From: Candidatus Altimarinota bacterium
Lineage (GTDB): Bacteria > Patescibacteriota > Gracilibacteria > CAIRYL01 > GCA-016699755
NCBI GenBank assembly: GCA_963664295.1
Contig: OY760935.1
Span: 768,001-832,000 of the forward strand
Direction: 5' to 3'
Length of the DNA stretch: 64,000 nucleotides
In this document: one piece after another, positions 1-8,874 of the stretch
How the letters are laid out: every line of letters starts with the position of its first letter
Numbering within the stretch: the stretch's first letter is position 1
Notes under the pieces: model-generated
Database searches by the model: none
The model's input: only the letters and a program-made list of their open reading frames with translations
Told to the model about the DNA's origin: nothing
Program-made: the position numbers and the translations under genes

Positions 1-245
1 TCTTCTTCCAGGAAAATAACTTCTTTCACCTCCACAGAATTAAGAGCAGAAAAATTAGCATGCCAAACCTGCATATAAACATCATCAACACTACTATGAG
101 CCATCTCCAAAGCACTATCTAACTCACCTTTGTCAATCAAATCAAAAAATTTGTTAATAGTATCAGCTTCATCCGATTGAGAAGCGGAACAACCAGCAAA
201 AACCAATAAAAATCCAACACAAGTCACAAACAAAAACTTTTTCAT
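1..245 (-). CDS. Putative lipoprotein, partial (runs off window start)
   Basis: ATG at 245 (minus); manual translation MKKFLFVTCVGFLLVFAGCSASQSDEAD... has a signal peptide with an FAGC lipobox; not in the ORF track. Confidence 0.7.
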   Translation of the reverse strand, partial: MKKFLFVTCVGFLLVFAGCSASQSDEADTINKFFDLIDKGELDSALEMAHSSVDDVYMQVWHANFSALNSVEVKEVIFLEE

Positions 246-348
246 AAACAATAAAAAATTTAATTTCTTTGTACATTGTAGCAAAAAAATTAAATTTCAT
301 ATAAATTTAATGCTTTATTTGAAAAAAAATTAAATAATTACAAAGTTT

Positions 349-1392
349 TTAATTATTCTCATCTAATATTTTATTCAATCTTCTTATGGTTTCAGAAATC
401 ATTCTATTGCTTGTTCCTCCTAATGTAACCTCTTCCGTAGTCCCATCTTTTCTATATGCTGTTATTCTTGTTGCTTTAAATTCTCTACTGCTTCCTGAAA
501 TCTTAAGTGGAATTTTTTCCACAGTCACATCACTAACTTCAGGATTATCTTTTAAAAGAACTCTTAATTGATTTAAAACTGGACCATCAGGTAATCCTGT
601 GATATTAATTTCATGTTGCAAGTTTGTTGAAGATTTGTCTTCTAATCTTTCTTCGTTTTCTTCTTCAAAATCAGGCTTATTCTCATCTAATATTTTATTC
701 AATCTTCTTATGGTTTCAGAAATCATTCTATTGCTTGTTCCTCCTAATGTAACCTCTTCCGTAGTCCCATCTTTTCTATATGCTGTTATTCTTGTTGCTT
801 TAAATTCTCTACTGCTTCCTGAAATCTTAAGTGGAATTTTTTCCACAGTCACATCACTAACTTCAGGATTATCTTTTAAAAGAACTCTTAATTGATTTAA
901 AACTGGACCATCAGGTAATCCTGTGATATTAATTTCATGTTGCAAGTTTGTTGAAGATTTGTCTTCTAATCTTTCTTCGTTTTCTTCTTCAAAATCAGGC
1001 TTATTCTCATCTAATATTTTATTCAATCTTCTTATGGTTTCAGAAATCATTCTATTGCTTGTTCCTCCTAATGTAACTTCTTCCGTAGTCCCATCTTTTC
1101 TATATGCTGTTATTCTTGTTGCTTTAAATTCTCTACTGCTTCCTGAAATCTTAAGTGGAATTTCTTCCACAGTCACATCACTAACTTCAGGATTATCTTT
1201 TAAAACAGCTCTTAATTGATTTAAAACTGGACCATCAGGTAATCCTGTGATATTAATTTTATGTTTCAAGTTTTCCAATCTTTCTCTGCTACTTGCCTCA
1301 GTGGTTTCTTGTTTTTTTGATAAATTTTCTAAAAACACCAAACGATTTTCTTTGTTGTTTATAAAATCTGTATATTTAATTTGTTTTTTCAT
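349..1392 (-). CDS. Hypothetical protein with three tandem ~108-aa repeats
   Basis: 347-aa ORF; unit INITGLPDGPVLNQLR...RRLNKILDEN occurs three times. Confidence 0.8.
   Translation of the reverse strand: MKKQIKYTDFINNKENRLVFLENLSKKQETTEASSRERLENLKHKINITGLPDGPVLNQLRAVLKDNPEVSDVTVEEIPLKISGSSREFKATRITAYRKDGTTEEVTLGGTSNRMISETIRRLNKILDENKPDFEEENEERLEDKSSTNLQHEINITGLPDGPVLNQLRVLLKDNPEVSDVTVEKIPLKISGSSREFKATRITAYRKDGTTEEVTLGGTSNRMISETIRRLNKILDENKPDFEEENEERLEDKSSTNLQHEINITGLPDGPVLNQLRVLLKDNPEVSDVTVEKIPLKISGSSREFKATRITAYRKDGTTEEVTLGGTSNRMISETIRRLNKILDENN
353..1259. repeat. Intragenic tandem repeat, 324-bp unit, about 2.8 copies
   Basis: TTATTCTCATCTAATATTTTATTC starts at 353, 677 and 1001; copies nearly identical. 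Confidence 0.95.
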
Positions 1393-1460
1393 TTTTATTA
1401 TTAAAAATCTTTTTATTATACATTATTTCTAAAAATAAAGCAAGTAAACCTATTAAATTT

Positions 1461-1485
1461 AAAAAACCACCACTTTGTGGTGAGC
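1461..1485 (-). terminator. Intrinsic terminator
   Basis: Minus strand CACCAC-AAA-GTGGTG hairpin followed by GTTTTTT; directly follows the duplicated tRNA-Arg 3' end. Confidence 0.6.
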
Positions 1486-1486
1486 T

Positions 1487-2746
1487 TTGTATGGTACCCC
1501 CTAACAGACGAAATTCGAGCTGAGATTTATATATTTAGTGAGAGAGTGAAGAATTTTAAGGAGAATGTGCAATACTCAAAAACTTGCATTCACAGCTCTT
1601 GCAATAATCTCTTCTAGATGCTCTTTGTCTTCATAAAAATTAATTTTATATTGAGAAGTGTAAAATTCAATAGACTCCTTTTCCTTTTTTAATTCTTCTT
1701 TATATTCAACACTTGCCACAAATATAATTTCTATACCTAATCCCATAGTAAAACCTGCTTCAACAAAAACGCTTGGTCTTTGCCCTGTTAAGTCAACTAC
1801 AACAAAACGGCTTTTACGAATTTCACCAAAAGCTTTATCAAGGATAGTTTCAGAATATTGTTTTTCTTTAATGCAAATTGCTTTATAGCCTTTTTCTTTA
1901 TTCCTTTCTATGCCTCGTTCGATTGCTTTTATAAATTGATCATGATCATCATGAAATCGACAAGCTATAAATACTTGTTTTGACTCTTTGTTTTTTTGTT
2001 TCAACTCTTCAACCTTTTGCCAACCTTCCACGGAAAGTCTTACTCCTTTTCCTACACTTAAAGGTGCATTATCAAATGTTTCTAAATATCCAAGTTTAAT
2101 TACAGATTGAATTATAAATAAAAAATCATCTTTATCTCTTGAATAGCTCAAAGGATATTCATTAGGTGGATCTATCGGTCGATACTTACCTTTTTTGTTT
2201 TTAGTTAAATTTCCAAAATTTTCTATAAATTTATCAATTTGTTGTATAGGATTTTCAGGAATAAATACTGTTTGCAATAATTCATCAATCGTAAAATTAG
2301 TTTTTTCTTCTTCTTTAGGTGTTGATCCTGAAAGTAAAATTATATGATTGTCATTATTTATTGTTCTTTGTTTTAAAATGCCTGAAATAATATGTCTATT
2401 TTCATCATTAACACCTGTTTTGTCGTCAAAAAACTCTCTTGTTGCGGAATATTTTCCACAAACAGGACAATTGAATTTATGGATTAAGTTTTCAGGCCTT
2501 ATTACTACATTAGAACTGCGATTACAGATAGGACATGGTAAAATATTTGGTTCGTTCATTTTAAACTAAAATTAAGTATTTATAATTAAACCATAATTGT
2601 AATTTATAACAAGAAAATATAGCATTTAATTGAAAAAATGTTCAAACTTTGTCCTGTGCGCCCCTCGCACATAAAATCACTAAATTCGAACCTAAAAAAT
2701 CACTTAAATAAAGCATTTATAAGGTTTTCGTCTTGTATGGTACCCC
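1487..2746. mobile_element. Small tRNA-Arg-anchored genomic island remnant bounded by 14-bp direct repeats
   Basis: TTGTATGGTACCCC at 1487-1500 and 2733-2746, the second copy overlapping the tRNA 3' end; one cargo gene, no integrase. Confidence 0.6.
1576..2559 (-). CDS. Zn-ribbon plus C-terminal TIR-like / nucleoside 2-deoxyribosyltransferase-like domain protein (putative defence)
   Basis: CPIC...CPVC at the N-terminus; C-terminal QVFIACRF...IRKSRFVVVDLTGQRPSVFVEAGFTMGLG resembles the NDT/TIR-like signature D-L-T-x-x-x-P-N/S-V-x-x-E-x-G. Confidence 0.65.
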   Translation of the reverse strand: MNEPNILPCPICNRSSNVVIRPENLIHKFNCPVCGKYSATREFFDDKTGVNDENRHIISGILKQRTINNDNHIILLSGSTPKEEEKTNFTIDELLQTVFIPENPIQQIDKFIENFGNLTKNKKGKYRPIDPPNEYPLSYSRDKDDFLFIIQSVIKLGYLETFDNAPLSVGKGVRLSVEGWQKVEELKQKNKESKQVFIACRFHDDHDQFIKAIERGIERNKEKGYKAICIKEKQYSETILDKAFGEIRKSRFVVVDLTGQRPSVFVEAGFTMGLGIEIIFVASVEYKEELKKEKESIEFYTSQYKINFYEDKEHLEEIIARAVNASF

Positions 2747-2814
2747 GGACAGGATTCGAACCTGTGACCTTCGCCTTAGAAGGGCGCTGCTCTATCCAGC
2801 TGAGCTACCGGGGC
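2738..2814 (-). tRNA. tRNA-Arg(UCU)
   Basis: GCCCCGGTAGCTCAGCTGGATAGAGCAGCGCCCTTCTAAGGCGAAGGTCACAGGTTCGAATCCTGTCCGGGGTACCA; cloverleaf, anticodon TCT, encoded CCA. Confidence 0.97.
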
Positions 2815-2900
2815 AAAACACTACGCCATTTTGTCTTTTTTTTATAATTTAGTCAACATTAAGGCTGTACTTTTTTCCCTAAATTCGCCATAATCTACGT

Positions 2901-3575
2901 ATGGTTGAAGAATTTGAATTATTTGGCGCCTCACCCCAAGGCAAAGAAAAAACCGGCGAATCTCAAGAAAAATTTCAAGAAAGATACAGGCAAGCCCAAT
3001 CCGCAATTCAACAAGTAAAAAAAGAGGAAAAAAAGAAAAAACAAGATGATGATTTATTGGCGGATATTGTTATTCAATTTTTAAACGAACCTCAACACAC
3101 AAAACATTTTCTTTTAATTTCCCGCTTAGTAGCGCGCAATATGCCATCTGACATTATTATTGCCATCATTGCACTTATTTTTGAGCCTGCCAGAGTTCAT
3201 ATTGAACAAAAATTTGGCGAATCAAATCTAAAACTAGAAGCACCAAAAGAAGCTAATTTTTCAGATAGTGCAAAAACCGCAATCAATTCATGGCTAGGCG
3301 GTATAAACAATGTCGCCACAGTAGAACCACATAGAATTTTGGAAACTGGCCTAGACCACGAACAAAAAATCTATTTTGGCTTAGTACAGTTCACAACAAT
3401 TTGTTTACAAGAATTTTTAGAAAATCAAAAAAACGAAGAGATTAATTTTGATAATATTCAAAATTTTTGTAGTGCTTTTTGGCAAAACCTCTTTACTCGC
3501 ATAGCTGATCAAACTGAAAACCAAACTCTAATCGACAATCCAGAAAATAGCCCTGAAGATCAATCAACACTATGA
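2901..3575 (+). CDS. Hypothetical protein
   Basis: 224-aa ORF with ATG start; no motif recognised. Confidence 0.75.
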   Translation: MVEEFELFGASPQGKEKTGESQEKFQERYRQAQSAIQQVKKEEKKKKQDDDLLADIVIQFLNEPQHTKHFLLISRLVARNMPSDIIIAIIALIFEPARVHIEQKFGESNLKLEAPKEANFSDSAKTAINSWLGGINNVATVEPHRILETGLDHEQKIYFGLVQFTTICLQEFLENQKNEEINFDNIQNFCSAFWQNLFTRIADQTENQTLIDNPENSPEDQSTL

Positions 3576-4034
3576 TTCTTTAATTTCTTCAAATAAATTA
3601 AGCTGATTAACAAGCGCTATAGCCAGCTCTTCCCCTTTTTGCATACGCGCAATGGCTTGTTCTGTTGTGTTGCAAGTTAATACCCCAAAAATCACTGGAA
3701 TATTGTATTTTAAATTTAAATCCATTATTCCGCGTGTACATTCTGCACAAATATAATCAAAATGTGGTGTTTCTCCGCGAATTACTGCTCCAAGGGTAAT
3801 AACTCCATCAAACTCCCCTGTTTCTATCAACTTTTTTGCTATAAATGGTATTTCAAATGCACCAGAAACATGAGAGACTGCTATATTTTCCGGGTTTATC
3901 TTACATTTTTTAAGTGCCTTAAAACAATTATCAAGTAATTGTTCGGTAATTTCTTCATTAAAATCAGAAACTACAATTGCCACTTGATAATTTTTTTCTG
4001 CTTTTGGATAGGCAGAAAAAGAAAAAATCGCCAT
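3570..4034 (-). CDS. ribH: 6,7-dimethyl-8-ribityllumazine synthase
   Basis: VSGAFEIP, LGAVIRGETPHFDYIC and PVIFGVLT motifs; ATG at 4034 preferred to TTG at 4043. Confidence 0.95.
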   Translation of the reverse strand: MAIFSFSAYPKAEKNYQVAIVVSDFNEEITEQLLDNCFKALKKCKINPENIAVSHVSGAFEIPFIAKKLIETGEFDGVITLGAVIRGETPHFDYICAECTRGIMDLNLKYNIPVIFGVLTCNTTEQAIARMQKGEELAIALVNQLNLFEEIKES

Positions 4035-4071
4035 ATAAATCAATAATAAGTGATTTTATTTTGTCATTTTA

Positions 4072-6699
4072 TCAGCTATCTGACAACACTTGTTCTATTG
4101 TTCCATGCACTTTTACATAATGAGTTGTAATAATGCCTTGAATTTCTGGATCCAAAAGGTCTAAATGGGACAATCTGTGATCTTGGCTTTTTTCTAGGGC
4201 AATAAAAAACCCTGGCCTTACTTCCAAAAGATTTTCTCTTATGCGTGCTCTTATTCCTTCCTTTTTTTCTTTAGCACATTTTCCATATATGCCATTTACA
4301 TGATCCTTCCCTCTTTTAATAGCTGTGTATTGCTCTTTGTATTGCTCAGGATTTTTTTCAAGCTCTTCTGCGCTAATATCAGGATTTTGTTTCAAAAATT
4401 CTTTTTTTTGTAAATCTTCTAAAATTTTTGCCTTTTTAGCTACTGGGTCTGTTGAAAGATCAAATGCGCGCTCTTCAAGTTTTTGCAATTGTGCTTCAGA
4501 AATTCCCTTAAATTCACGAGCTATAGCATTTGCAACCTGACAAGCCTCATAAATAGCATGGTGGGCAAGCCCTGTCTCATTTGTATTTCCAACAAGAACA
4601 ATTTGTATTTCATAACTAACTCCTTCCAAAGTTTCACCTACTATTTTCATATCTTGAAAAAATTCATATTTTGTAGCATCTGTATGTTCAAATCCAGCAA
4701 ATCCTAACTGAAGCATTTCTATTTCACGATCATCTTCTTCGTCAGAAGTAAAAACGTTTTTACTCCTAAATTTAATCGAGTCTCTTCGGCTTGTGCTTTT
4801 CAGCTTTCCTCCTTCTCTCATTAAATATCTAACAAAATTCAAAGCACTTTCCATATCAGGAACCTCAGATCTAATACCCATAAAATCAGTCACTAAATTA
4901 GTGGCAAGTGCTTTTGGCTTATTTAACATTTTTAAAGCAATTCTAATTGTATCCTTATCGCGAGATGTAACTTCACCATGAGTTAATACCTTATTTTCTT
5001 CATTATCATACCTGTTTGCAAATTTCCGCATAACAAAACTATGATCTTCCATGCCTAAATAGTCTCTTGCTTTTGCTTTAATCTCTCCTAATGCCTCTGG
5101 TGTCATTCTTAAGGAGGCTTCTTTAGCAATAGCCCTCTTAACTGCCTTTTGTATCTGATTTTCATCAATATCCGGATTATCTTTCCTTACTCTTTTTTCA
5201 ATTTCTTGCATATCTTCGTTACTCAAAATTGCATTAGCAATTAAAATCAGTCTATCTGTCACAGATTTTTGCTCGGCTTCCTCACGCAATTCGCTCATAA
5301 TTCTTTTTCTTTTTTCACCATCACTTTCTCTTGCCTCAAAGGTTCGCCATTTGTCATGACCACCTTCTTTTTTTTGTACTTTTTTGCTTTTTTTCAACTT
5401 ATCTGCATCTTCTTTTTCTTGAATTGTAATCCCTGAATCATAATCCAAAATTCCAGCCTCAAAATCCGGCATATGTTCCCTTAATTCCTCAAACTTACCT
5501 GCTTCTAATGAAGCAATAATGTGTCTAATAAAAGATTTTCCTGCATCACCTGGCTGATCTTTGCATTCAAAACCTTTTGTTTTAAGAGTCCACAAAAAAC
5601 ATTCTATTAATTTTACCTTTTGCTCAAGTGGAACATCTGGACTTACCAACTGATGTAAGCGTTTTTTTAAGTCAGATTCCCAAGGCATGTCCAATAAACA
5701 AACATCTTTCCATAAAACAGAGGCTGTTTGAAGAGCTCTGGTAAATTTACCTATATTTTCCTTTTGAATAAGTTTCTCAATATTATTGATATCTAATTCA
5801 TCTGCACTTTTTGCAAGTTTTACACCATTTTTTAAGTTAAAAATCATAAAATTAGCCTCTTGCTCAAAAATACTAATAAATTTTTCTACCAATGAACGAT
5901 CAAAGTTTCTTAATATTTCATTTTTTAAACATTTTGCTCTGACAAGGTCATTAATCTCATTTAACAATTCTTTATTTTGCATTTTTGGATACTTTTTAAT
6001 AAGCCTAGCCATGGCCTCAACCACTTCTTCAACAAAAATTTGTAGCCTGCGTTGACGCTCTTTTGGCTTTAATATTGCAAAAACAGAATCTTTGCCTAAA
6101 AGAACTTTGCTGTTCTGAGATATAAATTTCAATATAGACCCACTGCGACTTGTAATAGCGTAAGTAGCTCTATTGATTTCATTTCTCATTTTAACTTCCT
6201 CTTTTGGATCTTTTTTTGCTTGCTCAACAATGCTAGCAATTTCCTCTTTAATAAATCTTCTAAGAGCAAATTCTTTCTCCTGTGTTAAGCAGTCCAAATT
6301 ATCATCTTTACAAATTGCATTTATAACATTATCAACCTCTATTTCTGTCACGCCATTATTTGCTCTTAAAACATTATCTACAGCACTTAAAATGGCATCT
6401 TGAACAATTTCTGATTGTTTTCTTTCTTGCTTTTTTGTGTTTACTAAATCTTGTTTTTTGCAACTTGTTCCATTTCTCAAATACCCCAAAAGACCTAAAA
6501 CTTTATCAGCTGTATGCCCGCCAATATAAGAAACTGCATTTGAGCCAGAAAAAAACATACCTACAGACTCTTTATTAGCACCAAAATCAAAATCATTACT
6601 ATCAATAGGTGTCACCACTGTTTCAGTTGTATCAACAGGAACACCTTTAGAAATATGCTCTATAAGCTCTGCCTTTGATTCTGGGTGACATTTTTGCAT
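4072..6699 (-). CDS. Large protein with C-terminal RelA/SpoT-like nucleotidyltransferase domain
   Basis: EVTSRDKDTIRIALKM, TDFMGIR, YEIQIV and HHAIYE appear in the order of RelA/SpoT synthetase motifs. Confidence 0.6.
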   Translation of the reverse strand: MQKCHPESKAELIEHISKGVPVDTTETVVTPIDSNDFDFGANKESVGMFFSGSNAVSYIGGHTADKVLGLLGYLRNGTSCKKQDLVNTKKQERKQSEIVQDAILSAVDNVLRANNGVTEIEVDNVINAICKDDNLDCLTQEKEFALRRFIKEEIASIVEQAKKDPKEEVKMRNEINRATYAITSRSGSILKFISQNSKVLLGKDSVFAILKPKERQRRLQIFVEEVVEAMARLIKKYPKMQNKELLNEINDLVRAKCLKNEILRNFDRSLVEKFISIFEQEANFMIFNLKNGVKLAKSADELDINNIEKLIQKENIGKFTRALQTASVLWKDVCLLDMPWESDLKKRLHQLVSPDVPLEQKVKLIECFLWTLKTKGFECKDQPGDAGKSFIRHIIASLEAGKFEELREHMPDFEAGILDYDSGITIQEKEDADKLKKSKKVQKKEGGHDKWRTFEARESDGEKRKRIMSELREEAEQKSVTDRLILIANAILSNEDMQEIEKRVRKDNPDIDENQIQKAVKRAIAKEASLRMTPEALGEIKAKARDYLGMEDHSFVMRKFANRYDNEENKVLTHGEVTSRDKDTIRIALKMLNKPKALATNLVTDFMGIRSEVPDMESALNFVRYLMREGGKLKSTSRRDSIKFRSKNVFTSDEEDDREIEMLQLGFAGFEHTDATKYEFFQDMKIVGETLEGVSYEIQIVLVGNTNETGLAHHAIYEACQVANAIAREFKGISEAQLQKLEERAFDLSTDPVAKKAKILEDLQKKEFLKQNPDISAEELEKNPEQYKEQYTAIKRGKDHVNGIYGKCAKEKKEGIRARIRENLLEVRPGFFIALEKSQDHRLSHLDLLDPEIQGIITTHYVKVHGTIEQVLSDS

Positions 6700-6814
6700 T
6701 TAGAAATTAGTTTTTAAATATATTATATTATTATAAAATATTTTTTAAAAAAAAACAAGGGAGTGTGTCTCTTTTATTGCGGGGAATTTAAGCTTAATTT
6801 TTTATTCCCCGAAT

Positions 6815-7939
6815 TTAAAAGAGGCCGTTAAAAAAGCCCTTGTTATCAACAATTTCGACCTTAGCTGTTTTTGCTAATTCTTGATAATGTTTTTTTTCTT
6901 CAGAACTAACCTTTTTAGGAACTTCAACTTGTATATGCACATAATGATCACCATAACCGGCACGATTAACATGTGGCATGCCCTTACCTTTTATGCGAAA
7001 AATTTGACCAAATTGAGTACCTGCAGGAATTTTTAATACAGTATCTCCATGCATTGTTTTAATACTTTTTTTTGTGCCAAGCACCGCCTCTGTAAGATGT
7101 AAAGTTTGCATTGTGTGAATATCGCTTCCTTCCCTTTTATAACCTTTTAGCGGAGTTATGTCAATATTTACAAACAAATCTCCACTTTTTGCACCTCGTT
7201 CACCTGCCTCACCCTTACCAGGAATACGCAATGTCATACCACTTTCAATGCCTGCTGGTATTTCTATTTTTATGTCAAGTTTTTGACGAACTCGACCAGT
7301 GCCATTACATTTTTCACAAGGTTTTTCTGGAACTTGCCCCCTACCTCCGCACTTATGACAAATAGTGCTAGTTTGCACATAGCCCAATGGTGTCCTACGA
7401 CGCTCTGTTTTTTGTCCTGTTCCCTGACACTCCGAACAATTCACATATTTTGAATCTTTTGCATGACCCTTGCCTTCACACTCAGCACAAGCAACAAAAG
7501 TTTCTAAGCTAATTGTCTTTGTTGCTCCTTCAAAGGCTTCTTTAAGAGTTATTGTGATGTTGGTTTTTAGGTCACGACCCTTACCACTTGGTTTTCTAGC
7601 TCTTCCTCCCATGCCTCCCATGCCACCACCAAAAAAAGTTTCAAAAATATCACCAAGTCCACCAGTAAAATCAAAATCAACTCCATTAAAACCACCAAAA
7701 CCGCCACCAAAACCTCCTGCACCTGGTCCACCAGTGGTGCCAAATTGATCATATTGTGCTCTTTTTTGTGGATCAGAAAGCACTTCATACGCTCCTTGGA
7801 TTTCTTTAAACTTATCCTCTGCGCCTTTTTCTTTATTCACATCAGGATGATATTTAGCAGCCAATTTTCTATAAGCACGCTTAATATCCGCATCTGATGC
7901 TTTTTTATCTATGCCTAAAATTTGATATAAATCTTTCAT
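6815..7939 (-). CDS. dnaJ: Molecular chaperone DnaJ
   Basis: J domain with HPD, G/F-rich region, four CxxCxGxG repeats. Confidence 0.98.
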   Translation of the reverse strand: MKDLYQILGIDKKASDADIKRAYRKLAAKYHPDVNKEKGAEDKFKEIQGAYEVLSDPQKRAQYDQFGTTGGPGAGGFGGGFGGFNGVDFDFTGGLGDIFETFFGGGMGGMGGRARKPSGKGRDLKTNITITLKEAFEGATKTISLETFVACAECEGKGHAKDSKYVNCSECQGTGQKTERRRTPLGYVQTSTICHKCGGRGQVPEKPCEKCNGTGRVRQKLDIKIEIPAGIESGMTLRIPGKGEAGERGAKSGDLFVNIDITPLKGYKREGSDIHTMQTLHLTEAVLGTKKSIKTMHGDTVLKIPAGTQFGQIFRIKGKGMPHVNRAGYGDHYVHIQVEVPKKVSSEEKKHYQELAKTAKVEIVDNKGFFNGLF

Positions 7940-7990
7940 TAGCGTTTTTTGAGGATAATTATTATACTAAAACACGCTTTTATCAAAACA

Positions 7991-8039
7991 ATTTTAATTT
8001 TTTTATTAAAAATTGTCAATCTAAGCTCTAGAGTGCTAA
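7991..8039 (-). promoter_or_regulatory. CIRCE (HrcA operator) overlapping the sigma70 promoter of dnaJ
   Basis: Minus strand TTAGCACTC-N9-GATTGACAA (8039-8013); the TTGACA in the second arm is followed by N17-TAAAAT (7996-7991). Confidence 0.8.
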
Positions 8040-8063
8040 AATTTTTCTACTTTAATATAAAAA

Positions 8064-8516
8064 ATGTATTGTCCAAAATGTAAAGCTGAAGACACTCGTG
8101 TAATCGATTCCCGTATTGCTGAAGAAGGACGAACTATTCGCAGAAGAAGAGAGTGTGAAAAATGCGGAACCCGCTTTACTACATTTGAAAGAATTGAGCT
8201 CGTTGGTCTCATGGTACGCAAAACTAATGACACAACAGAACCATACTCTAGAAAAAAACTCGAAAGAGGAATTAGTCTTTCTTGCGGAAAAAGACCAGTC
8301 ACCCGAGAACAAATCGACGAAACAATTCGTTTACTAGAAGAAAAATGGAGTATGCGCAAAGAAATAAGTTCAAAAGAAATTGGCGAAAACCTAATGCAGG
8401 AGTTAAAAAAACTTGATCATGTGGCTTTCATTCGCTTTGCTAGTATTTATCGCAACTTCAAAGATGTTGAAGAGTTTAAGAAAGAATTAAGCACACTTTT
8501 TAACAAAAACAAATAA
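8064..8516 (+). CDS. nrdR: Transcriptional repressor NrdR
   Basis: CPKC...VIDSR...IRRRRECEKCGTRFTTFE Zn ribbon plus ATP cone ending VAFIRFASIYRNF. Confidence 0.97.
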   Translation: MYCPKCKAEDTRVIDSRIAEEGRTIRRRRECEKCGTRFTTFERIELVGLMVRKTNDTTEPYSRKKLERGISLSCGKRPVTREQIDETIRLLEEKWSMRKEISSKEIGENLMQELKKLDHVAFIRFASIYRNFKDVEEFKKELSTLFNKNK

Positions 8517-8574
8517 ACTAGCTTTTTTTATTAGTTTTATGGAAAATAAGGTGTGAAATATTTTTTAATTTGCT

Positions 8575-8817
8575 ATGGCAGATAAAAAAATCAGAAAAAA
8601 AGCCAGTAAGTTTCTCCTAGGTGTAGTCATAGGTAGTGCAGTAGGTTCCATACTAGGCTTAACAATGGCTCCAAAATCCGGTCGAGAAATGCGCGGAGAA
8701 ATAGCAAAAAACTCCAAAAAAACTTGGCAAAAAGTCGAGAATGTTATTGAAAAAAAATCAGCTTCCAACCGTTTTTGGGAATTTCTTCATCATATTTTTA
8801 TTCGCAAAAAAAAGTAA
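8575..8817 (+). CDS. YtxH domain protein
   Basis: FLLGVVIGSAVGSILGLTMAPKSGREMR matches the YtxH pattern. Confidence 0.85.
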   Translation: MADKKIRKKASKFLLGVVIGSAVGSILGLTMAPKSGREMRGEIAKNSKKTWQKVENVIEKKSASNRFWEFLHHIFIRKKK

Positions 8818-8874
8818 TAATTAATTATTACTTTTTCTCTTAAATTAAGAGAAAACAGCAAAAACAATTAAAAA

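Noticed and set aside
353-1259. Possible CRISPR array or DGR template/variable repeat pair
   Set aside because: Unit is 324 bp, in-frame and has no spacers; only about four differences; no cas or reverse transcriptase gene in the window
386-1432. Repeated + strand ORFs (386, 599, 923, 1247)
   Set aside because: Antisense shadows of the 324-bp repeat gene
2638-2847. 69-aa ORF
   Set aside because: Antisense to tRNA-Arg; the GFEP peptide is the usual translation of a tRNA T-arm complement
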